A program made the position numbers and the translations under genes. Positions 50,872-61,491 of a stretch of 64,000 nt of DNA are shown here, piece by piece. A model generated the notes under the pieces. It was given only the letters and a program-made list of their open reading frames with translations, did no database searches and was not told the DNA's origin. This stretch comes from an uncultured delta proteobacterium (GTDB lineage Bacteria; Desulfobacterota; Desulfobacteria; Desulfobacterales; JAFDCJ01): positions 64,001-128,000 of the forward strand of contig CAVYNY010000009.1 of the NCBI GenBank assembly GCA_963769935.1. Direction: 5' to 3'. Numbering within the stretch: the first letter of the stretch is position 1; every line of letters begins with the position of its first letter.

Positions 50872-51104
50872 AATGTACCTCCCTAATTATTGAAGATTGA
50901 CGATTGAATATTGAATGAATTCTGTCTTTCATAAGCATCGAGCGAAAAGCCGGGAGGCTTAAGCTCGGGTCCCTTTCATTCCTTTTACGCCAGGCGCTGT
51001 GCTCCATGCTCTATGCGATTGTCATTAGCACCTCACATGGGGCTCCAGCCAACACAATAAACTCGAAAACACAATAAACACGACAAACAGGCACCCCGCA
51101 TCCC

Positions 51105-51368
51105 CTATCCACCCGTGATCAGCGGAACGATGTAAATCTCGTCGCCCTCTTCCAGCAGCGTCTCCCAGCCGCTGCGATAGCGAATATGCTCTCCATTGAT
51201 GAAGACTGTGAGAGATTCGCGCAAGCGCCCCTTGCTGTCGCACAGCCGTTGATAGATTTGCGGATGACTGGTTTTAAGCCCCACGATTGCCAGTCTGACA
51301 TTAACCCGGCCGGCAGCTGAAAGTTGTGAAAATAATTCTTGCCGGCCGTATGATAATTTTAGCTGCAT
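51105..51368 (-). CDS. MoaD/ThiS family ubiquitin-like protein
   Basis: VFINGE..L.EGDEI..P.ITGG C-terminus; directly upstream of aor. Confidence 0.85.
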   Translation of the reverse strand: MQLKLSYGRQELFSQLSAAGRVNVRLAIVGLKTSHPQIYQRLCDSKGRLRESLTVFINGEHIRYRSGWETLLEEGDEIYIVPLITGG

Positions 51369-51516
51369 CACTGTAAATAAGTTGATAGTTGATAGTACAT
51401 AGTTGATAGCACATAGTTCATAGTTCATAGTTGTCAGAAGACAGAAGTTATGAGGCTGGGAGGCTGGAAAGCGAAAGCCTTCAGGCCTCCGATCTTTCAA
51501 GCTTTCCAGTAGAGAC

Positions 51517-53463
51517 TACGTTTCCTCGAAGCATGGTTTCGCTACGCGTATCGGTGTACAATCCTTGGTTCCGGCAACGGGTAACGCTCCAGCAGACGGT
51601 TGAAGCGATCCCGCGGCATGTGTTTTCCGTGATCTCCGGTTCAGCCACTTCCGCCACGACCGCTTGACCTGCAGGCGATAGCCGCTCAGGCTGCGGATGT
51701 TGCCTGTGATTCGTAATACCCGTAATGCCCGCGAAGCTTCAGACACAGCATCACCCACTGCTCCGCAACTGGCATGTGACGGTTGACCTTGCACCACAGA
51801 TACATCCGCTTTACTGCCTTCCTCAGCTTCTTGCTCGACGTCTTGCGCTTCACCACCCGATTGCTCTTCCGCGACTTGCCCCAGTAGTGGGTAAAGCTCA
51901 GAAAGTCAAAAACCTGCGGCTTTTGTCCCTTGCCTCCAGCTCGGCTGAAGTCCAGCAGCCGACTTTGGCCTCCTGGATCGCAAGCCCATAACGCCCAAAT
52001 CGCCCGGGAAGCTTCCCCAGACTCTTTGGGCATCGCTGCGCTGCTCGAACACGATGACAAAGTCGTCGGCAAATCGGATCAACTCCGCTCTGCGCCAAGT
52101 CGGGGCTGCACTTCATGCTCAAACCAGCTGTCCAGCACTTCGTGCAGATAGATGTTGGCCAGCAGCGGCGAAATCACTCCCCCTTGGGGCGTTCCCCGCC
52201 GCGGATAGTGCATCTGACCATCTTCCATGACCCCGGCTTTAAGCCACTTGCCCACCATCCGATTGATCACACCGTCCCGCACCCGCTTGCTTACAAATCC
52301 CCGCACGTGCTCATGGCTCACCGTGTCGAAGTAGCTCTTGATGTCTACTTCCAACACCCAACACTGTGTCCCCATGCGCATGACCGCTAGCCAAAGCCTA
52401 TCCAAGGCCTGGTGACCGCTGCGACCGGCCCGAAAGCCATACGAACAATCTAAAAAGTCCTGCTCGTATATCGGCGTCAACAGCATCACCACCGCTCGCT
52501 GAAGCACTTTGTCTTCCAACGTCGGTATGCCTATCGGTCGCTCGGCTTTACCCTCGGCTTCCTTTGGTATATATACCCGACGCACTGCCGGCGCACGGTA
52601 ATTGCCCGACTTGAACCGCTCCAACAATGATGCCAGATTGGTCTCCAAATCCTGCTCATACTCGGCGGCCGTTACTCATCCACGCCCGCCGCTCCATCCT
52701 TCCGCGTGCGCCGGTATGCCTCCCGAAGCCAGTCCATGTCCACATGGTACGACAGCGTTGTGAGCACCGCCTGCGGCATCTGCTCCGCAAGTTGCGCTAT
52801 CCGTTGCTGTTTCGTGTACACACTCACAGATCCCAACGTATCCTCCGTGTTCCCACCAACGGCTCCATGCCCCGGCACGGCCCTTTCCTCGGCCGGCTCT
52901 CCCCGGGTCGGATTCACCGGCTTCCTCGGTACTATGACCGTGCTAAGACTCCCTGCCGTCATCCCCATGGGCTTCGTCGCTCCGCCACCGGTACCATTGC
53001 CCCTGCTCTTTTGCCTTCGTTTCTCCCGACAAGCCCTTGCAGGTTCGGTTCTTGCCGGACCCGGTGTTCTCGGCCTTTCCCCCGACGGCGCACCTTACCG
53101 GAATTCCTTGGCAATGGAACGGCGAGGGCCTGCCAGGTTCCTGGGGAGTCCTCTCGTGCCTTTGCCCCGCTCAAAAGACCCCGGCCGCGCCTCCCCGTCT
53201 CGCCACTAACGACAGTCAGGTGTTGCCCCCGCCAGGAAAACCACGAAGGCCGCAGCTACTTTGGTTATTTCGAGGCTGTTTCACGCGGCTTCAGCACTCG
53301 CTGTCTACGCTTCCAGATTCGGCTTTCCCTACACTGGCAAGACTCGCTCCCGGTGGGTGGCTAACCCTTGCCGGACGGGATTCGAACCCGCTGGACTCCT
53401 ACGGCGTATTTCAAGAAGACCTACCGCCCCCTATCCCAACGCCCCAGGCTTAGCCTGGCGCGA
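51517..53463 (-). mobile_element. group II intron, decayed (domain V/VI missing)
   Basis: 5' end TCGCGCCAGGCTAAGCCTGG; domain I-like GGGTTCGAATCCC..GAAGCGTAGACAGC; RT ORF; only GAGGAAACGTA remains where domain V should start. Confidence 0.88.
51542..52848 (-). pseudogene. ltrA: group II intron reverse transcriptase/maturase with about 6 frameshifts
   Basis: [54 protein letters not shown] and LRGHY.YY spread over several frames; no endonuclease domain. Confidence 0.92.
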
Positions 53464-53465
53464 TC

Positions 53466-53510
53466 TCCTTTATCCTTTAACCTTTATCCTTGATCCTTTA
53501 TCCTTTTCAA
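53466..53510. repeat. 7-mer tandem repeat (CCTTTAT) abutting the intron 5' end
   Basis: cctttatcctttaacctttatccttgatcctttatcctttt. Confidence 0.85.
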
Positions 53511-53511
53511 C

Positions 53512-54074
53512 TCAATAAGCTTCTTTATAAATAGAATTGACATCATCCTCGTTGAGATCCCGCGGGTTGGCCACAAACAAGCGGGCCTGTTTCATCCCGC
53601 CGGCCGCCAGTTTGGGCAAATCCGCCGCGGGTATTCCGTAATCTTTTATCCGGCAGGACACATGGACGGTATCCAGCAGATCTTCGACAGCCTCCACTGC
53701 CAGTTCAGCCGCTTCCAGCGGAGCATAGCCTTCAGTATCCCTGCCCATCAGATCGGCAATCCGCGCGTATTTTACCGGGTTGCCGGATAAGTTGTACCGC
53801 ATCACATGCGGCAGCATGATGGCATTCGAGCGTCCGTGGGTCATATGGTACTCGGTTCCCAGAGGATAGGCCAGGGCATACGGTGTAAAAACAACATTTT
53901 TGGTATTTTGGGCCTCATCGGTTAGAACCAATACCCGTGTGACTTCACTGCCGGTTCCCGCGGTGGTCGGCATCAAAATCAGCGGTGCACCCTTTTGGGG
54001 AACCTGATCCACACCGCAGTAGTCCAGTATTTTGCCCTTGTTGCGGCCATAATCGAAATGCCCTTGGCAACATC
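53512..54074 (-). pseudogene. iron-containing alcohol dehydrogenase remnant
   Basis: DVAKGISIMA, then a frameshift, then PTTAGTGSEVT; then ALAYPLG..HGRSNA..NPR. The N-terminus and central region are absent. Confidence 0.88.
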
Positions 54075-54189
54075 AGACTTTAAATTTCAGCCGACATTAC
54101 CATTAATTTTTAATAAATTTCAACTTTCAAATGCGATACTTTGTAAAGTGTGGTTGACAGCATACCGGAGTATTGTTAGAAATTCGATC

Positions 54190-55887
54190 ATGGTCATGCC
54201 AAATAAAAATGAAAATACCGGAATCAACCGCAACCTGACAAGTTACGGTGATCGACAGTTCAGCAAATACATGCGCCGGGCTTTTCTCGCCTCGGCCGGT
54301 TACGACCAGACCGATTTGCAGCGGCCCATTATCGGTATCGTCGATACATCTTCCGATTACAATACCTGTCATCGCCAGATGCCCGAGATGATCAGCGCCG
54401 TCAAAAGGGGAGTGCTGGAAGCCGGCGGACTGCCGCTGGTGTTTCCGACCATCTCTCTAAATGAAATATTAATGTCGCCCACTACCATGCTGTTCCGCAA
54501 TCTGCAGGCCATGGAAACTGAGGAGATGATTCGGGCCCAGCCCATGGATGCCGTTGTGCTGCTGGGGGGCTGTGACAAAACTGTGCCGGCCCAGATCATG
54601 GCCGCCGTGTCGGCCGATATTCCGGCGATCAGCGTCGTGGCAGGCCCGATGATGACCGGCAGCTGGCGCGGCCAGCGGTTGGGTGCCTGCACCGACTGCC
54701 GGCGCTTCTGGGCGCAATTTCGCGGCGGCGAGCTGGACCGGCAGGAAATAGACGAGATCGAAGCCTCCCTGTGTTTCACGGGAGGAACCTGCATGGTCAT
54801 GGGCACCGCCTCGACCATGGCCTGTCTGGTGGAGACTCTGGGCCTGATGCTGCCGGGCGGAGCGGCGCCGCCCCATGCATCCGGCGCGCGCCTTAAAAAT
54901 TGTGTGATGTCCGGACGACAGGCGGTGGAGATGGCGCTAAACACATTGCAGCCCAGGGAGATCCTGAGCCGGTCGTCTTTTCTAAATGCCCTCAAAGTCC
55001 TGGCAGCCCTGAGTGGATCGACCAATGCCATCATTCACCTGCTGGCTATCGCTCGGCGGGCTCAAATCGACCTGTCCCTCAACGACTTTGATGAAGCCGC
55101 CCGACAGGTTCCGGTGCTGGTTGACTGCAAACCGGCCGGTAAAAATTATATGCAGGACTTTTACCATGCCGGCGGCATGCCGGTGCTTCTCAAGACCCTG
55201 GAGCCGCTGCTGGATACATCAGCCCGGAGCATCACCGGCGGGACCCTGGCTGAAAATCTGCGGGGCGTATCGGCCGCGGCCGGCTGGCAGACCACGATTC
55301 GACCGCTGGAGGCACCGCTGTCTGCATCAGGGGCTCTGGCTGTCATATACGGATCGCTTGCTCCGGACGGGGCCGTCATCAAAACGGCGGCCGCCAATCC
55401 CGCCCTGCTGACTCACCGGGGTCCGGCCGTGGTCTTCGAATCACCGGAAGAGGTCGCCCAGCGCATCGATGACCCGGCGCTCGGAATTACGCCCGACCAT
55501 GTGATGGTTTTGCGCAATGCCGGGCCGGTTGGGGCCGGCATGCCGGAAGCAGGCTCGATGCCGATTCCCAAATATCTGGCGGCCCGGGGGGTTAAGGATA
55601 TGGTGCGGGTATCGGATGCCCGCATGAGCGGAACGGCCTACGGCTCGGTGGTTTTGCATTGTTCACCGGAAGCCGCCGTCGGCGGACCGCTGGCGCTCGT
55701 CAAAGACGGTGATCTCATCGAACTGAATGTGCCGGAAAGGCATTTGGACTTGCTGGTAGACGAAAACGAACTGGCAGTTCGCAGATCCAAATTTCGATCG
55801 CGCCCTATTCCGGACCGGGGTTGGCTCAAGCTGCATGCAGAACATGTGCTTCAAGCGCATCTCGGGGCCGATCTGGATTTTATGTAA
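54190..55887 (+). CDS. IlvD/Edd family dehydratase (sugar-acid dehydratase-like)
   Basis: NTCH, GGCDKTVPA, GTCMVMGTASTM, GSTNA, SDARMSGT and HCSPEAA motifs. Confidence 0.93.
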   Translation: MVMPNKNENTGINRNLTSYGDRQFSKYMRRAFLASAGYDQTDLQRPIIGIVDTSSDYNTCHRQMPEMISAVKRGVLEAGGLPLVFPTISLNEILMSPTTMLFRNLQAMETEEMIRAQPMDAVVLLGGCDKTVPAQIMAAVSADIPAISVVAGPMMTGSWRGQRLGACTDCRRFWAQFRGGELDRQEIDEIEASLCFTGGTCMVMGTASTMACLVETLGLMLPGGAAPPHASGARLKNCVMSGRQAVEMALNTLQPREILSRSSFLNALKVLAALSGSTNAIIHLLAIARRAQIDLSLNDFDEAARQVPVLVDCKPAGKNYMQDFYHAGGMPVLLKTLEPLLDTSARSITGGTLAENLRGVSAAAGWQTTIRPLEAPLSASGALAVIYGSLAPDGAVIKTAAANPALLTHRGPAVVFESPEEVAQRIDDPALGITPDHVMVLRNAGPVGAGMPEAGSMPIPKYLAARGVKDMVRVSDARMSGTAYGSVVLHCSPEAAVGGPLALVKDGDLIELNVPERHLDLLVDENELAVRRSKFRSRPIPDRGWLKLHAEHVLQAHLGADLDFM

Positions 55888-56011
55888 ATCAAGTTCAAAT
55901 TAAATCGATAGGATACCACAAATATTCAATCTTCAATTTTCAATCTTCAATTATATACCCGTCTTCCTTTCTGTCATTCTTCTGTTCTTCCCATCTTCTA
56001 ATATAAAGAAT

Positions 56012-57754
56012 TTACATTGAGATGGAGCCTTTGCGAAAATCCGTTTTGCCGATAAGCGCATTGACCAGCACCGGATGACCGTTCCTGGCTGCCTTTTTCG
56101 CTTCTTTAAAAACACGGTCGATATCTTCTTTCCGGTCAAGGAGAAACCCTTTGCCGCCGAATCCTTCTGCCACCCGATGATAATCGGATCTTCGCAACAC
56201 CGTCGCGACATCGTCGCCGAAAACGGCTACCTGGTCGCGGGCGATCTGGGTCCAGCAGGCGTCATTGCCGACCACGGCAATCACCGGCAATTGGTGGCGC
56301 ACAAATGTGTCGAATTCCTGCAGGCTGAACCCGGCTGCGCCGTCGCCGTATATCAGCCAGACTTCCGAATCCGGCTTGGTCAGCTTGGCTGCCAGGGCAA
56401 AACCGGCTCCGACGCCGAGCGTGCCGAAAACTCCCGGATCCAGCCAGGTCAGCGGCCCCGGAGGCTGTAAAACATAGGCGGCACTGGCCACAAAATCACC
56501 GCCGTCTCCAACGATAATAGATTTTTCATCGATGACTGCGTTCATTTTTTGCAACAGATAAAGCGGATTGATATCGTCGGTTGCTTCCCCGGATGCGTCG
56601 GCAATGAACTTTTCCCGTTCCTCGTCATTTTTTCTGAGCTCGCGAATCCAGGCATCCCGGTCGGATACATCAGATGCCAATCCTTCAGCCAATGCACACA
56701 GGAAAAGAAACGGATCCGACAGGACCGCCAGATCCGGCCGGCAATTCAACCTTAAATCAGTTTTGCTGCGATTGACGGCAATTATTTTAGTTTCGGTGCC
56801 GAATGATCGTCCATAGTTCAAGCGGAAATCACAGGGCATTCCGGCAAGAATTACCAGATCCGCATTTTTCAGAGCTTTTTTGCGCTGATGACGCATCTGC
56901 AACGGATGCTGCCTTCCTAAAAGGCCGCGGGCCATTCCTGCCAGAAAAACGGGTATACCCAAAGATTCGACGGCGCCGGCAAGCTTTGGGGTGTCATCGG
57001 CATGCAGCATGGCCTGACTTCCGATGATCAGGACCGGCCTGCGGCCCATGGTTAGCAGTTCGACGGCTTTGGCTACCCGATCGGGATCCAGATCCGGTGA
57101 GGTTATCCTGGTTTTGCCGGGTTCCATGTCTTCGAAATCACAGGCGAACATCTGATCCACATGCCGTTTCAGGTAAACCTCCAGCAGTTTGCTTTTCAGG
57201 CCCCAGGCGTGCTGCGAATCGGCATCGATGCCGTACCACTGGCGCACCATGGATTCGCTGTAGACCAGGTCAATCGGACATTCGATAAACACCGGTCCGG
57301 GAACCCCGGAACGGCAGACGTCAAAGGCATTTTCCAGCACGGGAATAATATCACAGTTGCGACGGACGGAGAGGGCCAGCTTGGTGATTGATTTCACCAG
57401 TGCCAGCTGGTCGATGTCCTGCAGTGCCCCCCTGTTTTTTAAAACTGTGGGAGACGCTCCGGCCAGCAGGATCATGGGTGATTGCGCCAACTGGGCATTT
57501 TTGAGTGCCGTAATCGAGTTGGTTACGCCCGGACCGGCGGTCACCGCCGCCACCCCCGGAGTGCCGGTCAACCGGCCGACGGCATCCGCAGCAAAAACGG
57601 CATTCACTTCATGCCGCACATCGATAATCCGGATGCCTTCCTTATTCGCCCCGGTCAGAATCGGGGAAATATGTCCGCCACACAGGGTAAATAAAAATTT
57701 AACGCCCTGCTCCCGCAGTACCTTTCCGATGATGTTGCCGACGTTTATTTCCAT
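56012..57754 (-). CDS. thiamine-diphosphate enzyme (acetolactate synthase-like/IlvBL)
   Basis: FTLCGGH; VRHE; TAGPG.TN; GDGAAG..GND TPP motif. Confidence 0.92.
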   Translation of the reverse strand: MEINVGNIIGKVLREQGVKFLFTLCGGHISPILTGANKEGIRIIDVRHEVNAVFAADAVGRLTGTPGVAAVTAGPGVTNSITALKNAQLAQSPMILLAGASPTVLKNRGALQDIDQLALVKSITKLALSVRRNCDIIPVLENAFDVCRSGVPGPVFIECPIDLVYSESMVRQWYGIDADSQHAWGLKSKLLEVYLKRHVDQMFACDFEDMEPGKTRITSPDLDPDRVAKAVELLTMGRRPVLIIGSQAMLHADDTPKLAGAVESLGIPVFLAGMARGLLGRQHPLQMRHQRKKALKNADLVILAGMPCDFRLNYGRSFGTETKIIAVNRSKTDLRLNCRPDLAVLSDPFLFLCALAEGLASDVSDRDAWIRELRKNDEEREKFIADASGEATDDINPLYLLQKMNAVIDEKSIIVGDGGDFVASAAYVLQPPGPLTWLDPGVFGTLGVGAGFALAAKLTKPDSEVWLIYGDGAAGFSLQEFDTFVRHQLPVIAVVGNDACWTQIARDQVAVFGDDVATVLRRSDYHRVAEGFGGKGFLLDRKEDIDRVFKEAKKAARNGHPVLVNALIGKTDFRKGSISM

Positions 57755-58023
57755 GGTACCCCCACTTGAATTGACGATTGAAGATTGAAAATTGAAGATT
57801 GAATGTATTCTGTCTTTTTAAAGCATTGAGCGATAAGCTGGGTGGCTGGGAAGGTGAGAAGGAAAGAAGATAAGAAGCTGAGAAGAAAACCGGAATTCCT
57901 CCTTTCTCCCTTTTAACTCAACAAACACAATAAACTAACCCCCTCTTCCTTTAACCTTTAGCCTTTCACCTTTTGCCTTTGTCCTTTTCACCCAATCAAC
58001 TCAATAAACTCAATAAACCCGCA

Positions 58024-59118
58024 TCACCCCATCGCCACAATCTCCGCCGGGGTTTTGCCCTCAAGGCCCAACTTTGCCAGCGTCGTGCCCGCCGCGGCAT
58101 AATCCACACCGTGCAGCAGAGAGCTTAATTTCACGCACAGCTCGACCATCGGCGCATCGATGCCGGCCAGATGAGCCAGTTCAACGGCCGGCACGTGTAG
58201 GCACGGGACATCCTCGGTGATGTAACGGCCTCGGACGTTATGGCCGATGATGTCTTTATACGGACTTTCATCGCTGTTCACATAGTCGTAATAAGTTCTG
58301 GTTTCGTTGCGGCCGTAGTACATCATTAATTGATCCATGGCGGGCATAAGCTCCAGGCCCAGGGCGTGGCCGATGGACAGGCGCTCCTCATCCATTTTCA
58401 TCATCTGCTCCGATATTAACGGCGTCACCCCGTCGATGTAATGTCTGAAAGTGTCCGGGTTCATCTCAATGTCGCCGTAATTTAAGAGCACCGGCAGAGG
58501 ATGCAGCGTATAGTTGATATTGTCAAGATCAATTGCCAGCAGATTTGGGCCGGCGATAAAATCAATATAGCCGCTGAAAACATCGTTCATGATATCGAGC
58601 ACCGTTGGCGAGGTTTCAGCCGGAGAAGTAGCGATCTTCAGCTGAGACTTTTTTTTGTAGATCATGACGGTATTGTAGTCGGATATGCGGCAGGCATAGG
58701 GCAGCGAAGCGGTTCCGGAGATGGAAATAGCCGGATTGACGTCGGCCTCGGCCATCATTTTTTTTAACAGAAAGCCGCCGTAATTGCCGGGAACGACGAC
58801 AACATGCTGTCCATCCTGCAAATGGGGAATCATTTTTTGAAATATCGACGGATGCGCGAAAGACGGCACGACAATAAAGATCACATCGGCAGCCCCCACC
58901 GCCGCTTTGATGTCCATGGTGACTGCCCGCAGTTTTCCCCCGGCAGAAATATCTCCTGATAGAAACATTTTCTTTTCTTCTTTTAATTTCAGAAAATGCG
59001 CGGTTTCCTCCAACGGCTCGTACATCACCACCGGATATCCCTTATGGGCGATCTGTCCGCAAAAAGCCCTGCCGCCGTTGCCGCTGCCGAGGACGGCAAA
59101 GTTTAAAGTTCGGCTCAA
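58024..59118 (-). CDS. NAD/NADP octopine/nopaline (opine) dehydrogenase family protein
   Basis: GSGNGG; PYACR; N..LHP; D.ER..IG.ALG; RYITEDVP. Confidence 0.9.
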   Translation of the reverse strand: MSRTLNFAVLGSGNGGRAFCGQIAHKGYPVVMYEPLEETAHFLKLKEEKKMFLSGDISAGGKLRAVTMDIKAAVGAADVIFIVVPSFAHPSIFQKMIPHLQDGQHVVVVPGNYGGFLLKKMMAEADVNPAISISGTASLPYACRISDYNTVMIYKKKSQLKIATSPAETSPTVLDIMNDVFSGYIDFIAGPNLLAIDLDNINYTLHPLPVLLNYGDIEMNPDTFRHYIDGVTPLISEQMMKMDEERLSIGHALGLELMPAMDQLMMYYGRNETRTYYDYVNSDESPYKDIIGHNVRGRYITEDVPCLHVPAVELAHLAGIDAPMVELCVKLSSLLHGVDYAAAGTTLAKLGLEGKTPAEIVAMG

Positions 59119-59294
59119 TGTTACCTCCTTTGGGTTTTAAAAAAATGAGCTGAAATTATTGAATCTATCACCTTGGAAGACAGGATACCTTAACTTTAGG
59201 CAAGGCATTTTAGACAGGGCATTGATATCGCTGAATTCGCCAGTTGATAACTGCCCGCCCGAGTTCCTTTTCCCAACAGTGTCGCGGGAAAAGT

Positions 59295-60437
59295 TTAAAA
59301 CCTCTCTAATCTATATTCTTCTATCGGAAAACCTGTTTTATTGTCCACGATCAGCTCGGCGATTATTTCACCCGTAATCGGCGACAGCGCAATGCCGTCA
59401 CCTTCATGTCCGGCCGCCATGACAAAGCCGCCAAGCCCGGCTACAGGGCCGAGTATGGGCAGACCGTCCGGTGTGTAAGGCCGCAGGCCTGCAAATGCTC
59501 TAATAAAATTCAACTTTTTAAGGCACGGCATAATCCTGCCAACGTTTTTGGCAATATGAAAAATTTTTTCCGGAGTTACCCTTTTGTCGAATCCGACAAA
59601 TTCTCTGGTCGATCCCAAAACGAAATTGCCGCTGGCGGTAGGTTCGATCGATATGCCTCCGCCTTGTTGAGCTAAAGCCGGATTGAATTTGGCGGCAATA
59701 TATTGGGCCGACAGCAGGCAGCGGCTTATGATCGGTCCAACGGCCTCGGTCACGACAAGCTGCCCTCTTCTGGGCCTGACCGGGATTTCCAAATCCAGCA
59801 GAGCGCCGATTTCCGAGGCATAAACGCCGCCGGCATTCACAACCGTACCGGTATGGATTTCACCCTTATCTGTTTTTACGGACTTTATACGATTTGAGGT
59901 TTTTTGGAATCCGGTTGCCCGGGTATTGGTTAGAATTTTGGCACCAAGGCCCTGGGCGGCTTTAAGGAAGGCAAACGTCAGCAGCATGGGATTGACCTGA
60001 GCGTCCACCGGTGAAAACGTGGCACCCAATATCTTTTCACTCAGGGACGGCTCGAGTTCTCGGGCCTGTTTTGGATCCAGCAACGACACATCCAGACCGA
60101 TGGTATTCTGCCTTTCTACGAACTGTTGCATAGTCCGTAGTTCTTCATCGTGTTCAACGACAATCAGGCCGCCTTGGCACCGGTATTCGAAACCGGCGCC
60201 CAACTCCTGCTCCAGATGAGCAAATCGCCTGGAACTCTCCAGGGCCAACTCCAGATGTGTTCCGGGACTCTTGGTTTGCAGAAAAATAGTACCGCCGCAG
60301 GCACCGGAACTTCCGGAGGCCGCATCGCCCTTTTCAAGCAAAACTACGTCGACCTTGCGCTTGGCAAGATGATAGGCGATGGAGCCCCCGATCACTCCGC
60401 CGCCGATGACGACAACGTCGGCTTTACCCGGCAGCAA
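59295..60437 (-). CDS. FAD-dependent D-amino acid/glycine oxidase family oxidoreductase
   Basis: GGGVIG; PRRGQ; AGLRPYTPDGLPILG; GHEGDGIALSP. Confidence 0.92.
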   Translation of the reverse strand: MLPGKADVVVIGGGVIGGSIAYHLAKRKVDVVLLEKGDAASGSSGACGGTIFLQTKSPGTHLELALESSRRFAHLEQELGAGFEYRCQGGLIVVEHDEELRTMQQFVERQNTIGLDVSLLDPKQARELEPSLSEKILGATFSPVDAQVNPMLLTFAFLKAAQGLGAKILTNTRATGFQKTSNRIKSVKTDKGEIHTGTVVNAGGVYASEIGALLDLEIPVRPRRGQLVVTEAVGPIISRCLLSAQYIAAKFNPALAQQGGGISIEPTASGNFVLGSTREFVGFDKRVTPEKIFHIAKNVGRIMPCLKKLNFIRAFAGLRPYTPDGLPILGPVAGLGGFVMAAGHEGDGIALSPITGEIIAELIVDNKTGFPIEEYRLERF

Positions 60438-60458
60438 GATATTCTCCTTAAAATTTAT

Positions 60459-60580
60459 ATGGAGTACCGGAGTATTGGAGTACTGGAGTGATGGAGTAAT
60501 CTATCTTCCGCATACCCAAACCGAATTTCGTGTTCAGTTTGGTCCCATTTCTCCATCACTCCATCATTCCATTACTCCAT
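60459..60580. repeat. inverted pair of 8-mer tandem arrays (GGAGTA[CT]T / CATTACTC)
   Basis: Five ggagt units, a spacer, then four ctccat-type units. Confidence 0.85.
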
Positions 60581-60592
60581 TTTTTTGTCTTT

Positions 60593-61318
60593 CTATTCTT
60601 TGGCCATCAGGGACACCTTGATAATTTCCCGGATATCTTCTTCAAAATCTTTTTTGGGACCGCCCTGTTTGACCTGCCCCATGTCGAGCAAATACAAGTA
60701 GTCTGATACATCGAGGGCCTTCATAATGTTCTGATCCACAATGAGAATCGTGGTGCCCTGTTGGGCCACCTGAATTAAGAGGTTATAAATTTCCGCTACA
60801 ATTTTGGGGGCCAGACCGACCGAGGGTTCATCGATCATCAGCAGCCTGGGTTTTGACATGATCTCTTTGCCCACTGAGAGCATTCTCAGATACCCGCCGC
60901 TCAAATAGGTTGCTTTTTCCGCCCTGCGTTCAGCCAGGACCGGAAAAAATTCATATATTTCAGACAACCTTTCTCTTACCAAATTTTTATCATTCCGAAA
61001 CGTCCAGGCCCCCAGCAGCAGATTATCCTGGATGGACAACTGGGGAAACGTGCTGTATTCCTGAAGCATGTAGCTGATTCCCATCTGCTTCAACTGATAA
61101 GGCTGAAGCCCCTGGATTTCCCGGCCCTGGAAATTAATTTGGCCCCGGCGCGGGTGCAGAAATCCAAAAATCGTCTTTAAGATGGTGGATTTGCCTGCTC
61201 CGTTGGCCCCGATTATCCCTGTGATCGCCCCTTCTTTTACCTCGAGCGATACATTGTTCAGCACGTCGATTTCTTCCACGTAGCCGGCCGTAATATTTTC
61301 CATGGAAAGCATGGACAT
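60593..61318 (-). CDS. branched-chain amino acid-type ABC ATPase (LivF-like)
   Basis: GANGAGKST; LSGG; DEPSVGLAP. Confidence 0.93.
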   Translation of the reverse strand: MSMLSMENITAGYVEEIDVLNNVSLEVKEGAITGIIGANGAGKSTILKTIFGFLHPRRGQINFQGREIQGLQPYQLKQMGISYMLQEYSTFPQLSIQDNLLLGAWTFRNDKNLVRERLSEIYEFFPVLAERRAEKATYLSGGYLRMLSVGKEIMSKPRLLMIDEPSVGLAPKIVAEIYNLLIQVAQQGTTILIVDQNIMKALDVSDYLYLLDMGQVKQGGPKKDFEEDIREIIKVSLMAKE

Positions 61319-61354
61319 GAAAATCTCCAAAATGCCTAATCCGGACGAGCCGGA

Positions 61355-61489
61355 ATTGAAGATTGAAAATTGAAAATTGAATATTTGAGGTCTGCCTCCG
61401 GCAGATCGATTCTAAGACGTTAATATAAATTAATGCTGGAACGAAGTGACTCCATAAATATTCAATTTTCAACATTCAATATTCAATCG
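61355..61489. repeat. inverted pair of 7-mer tandem arrays (ATTGAA[AG] / TTCAAT)
   Basis: ttgaagattgaaaattgaaaattgaatattt ... aaatattcaattttcaacattcaatattcaat. Confidence 0.85.
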
Positions 61490-61491
61490 AT

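Noticed and set aside
53375..53395. GGGTTCGAATCCC as a tRNA T-arm
   Set aside because: No acceptor, D or anticodon arms; it lies within intron domain I.
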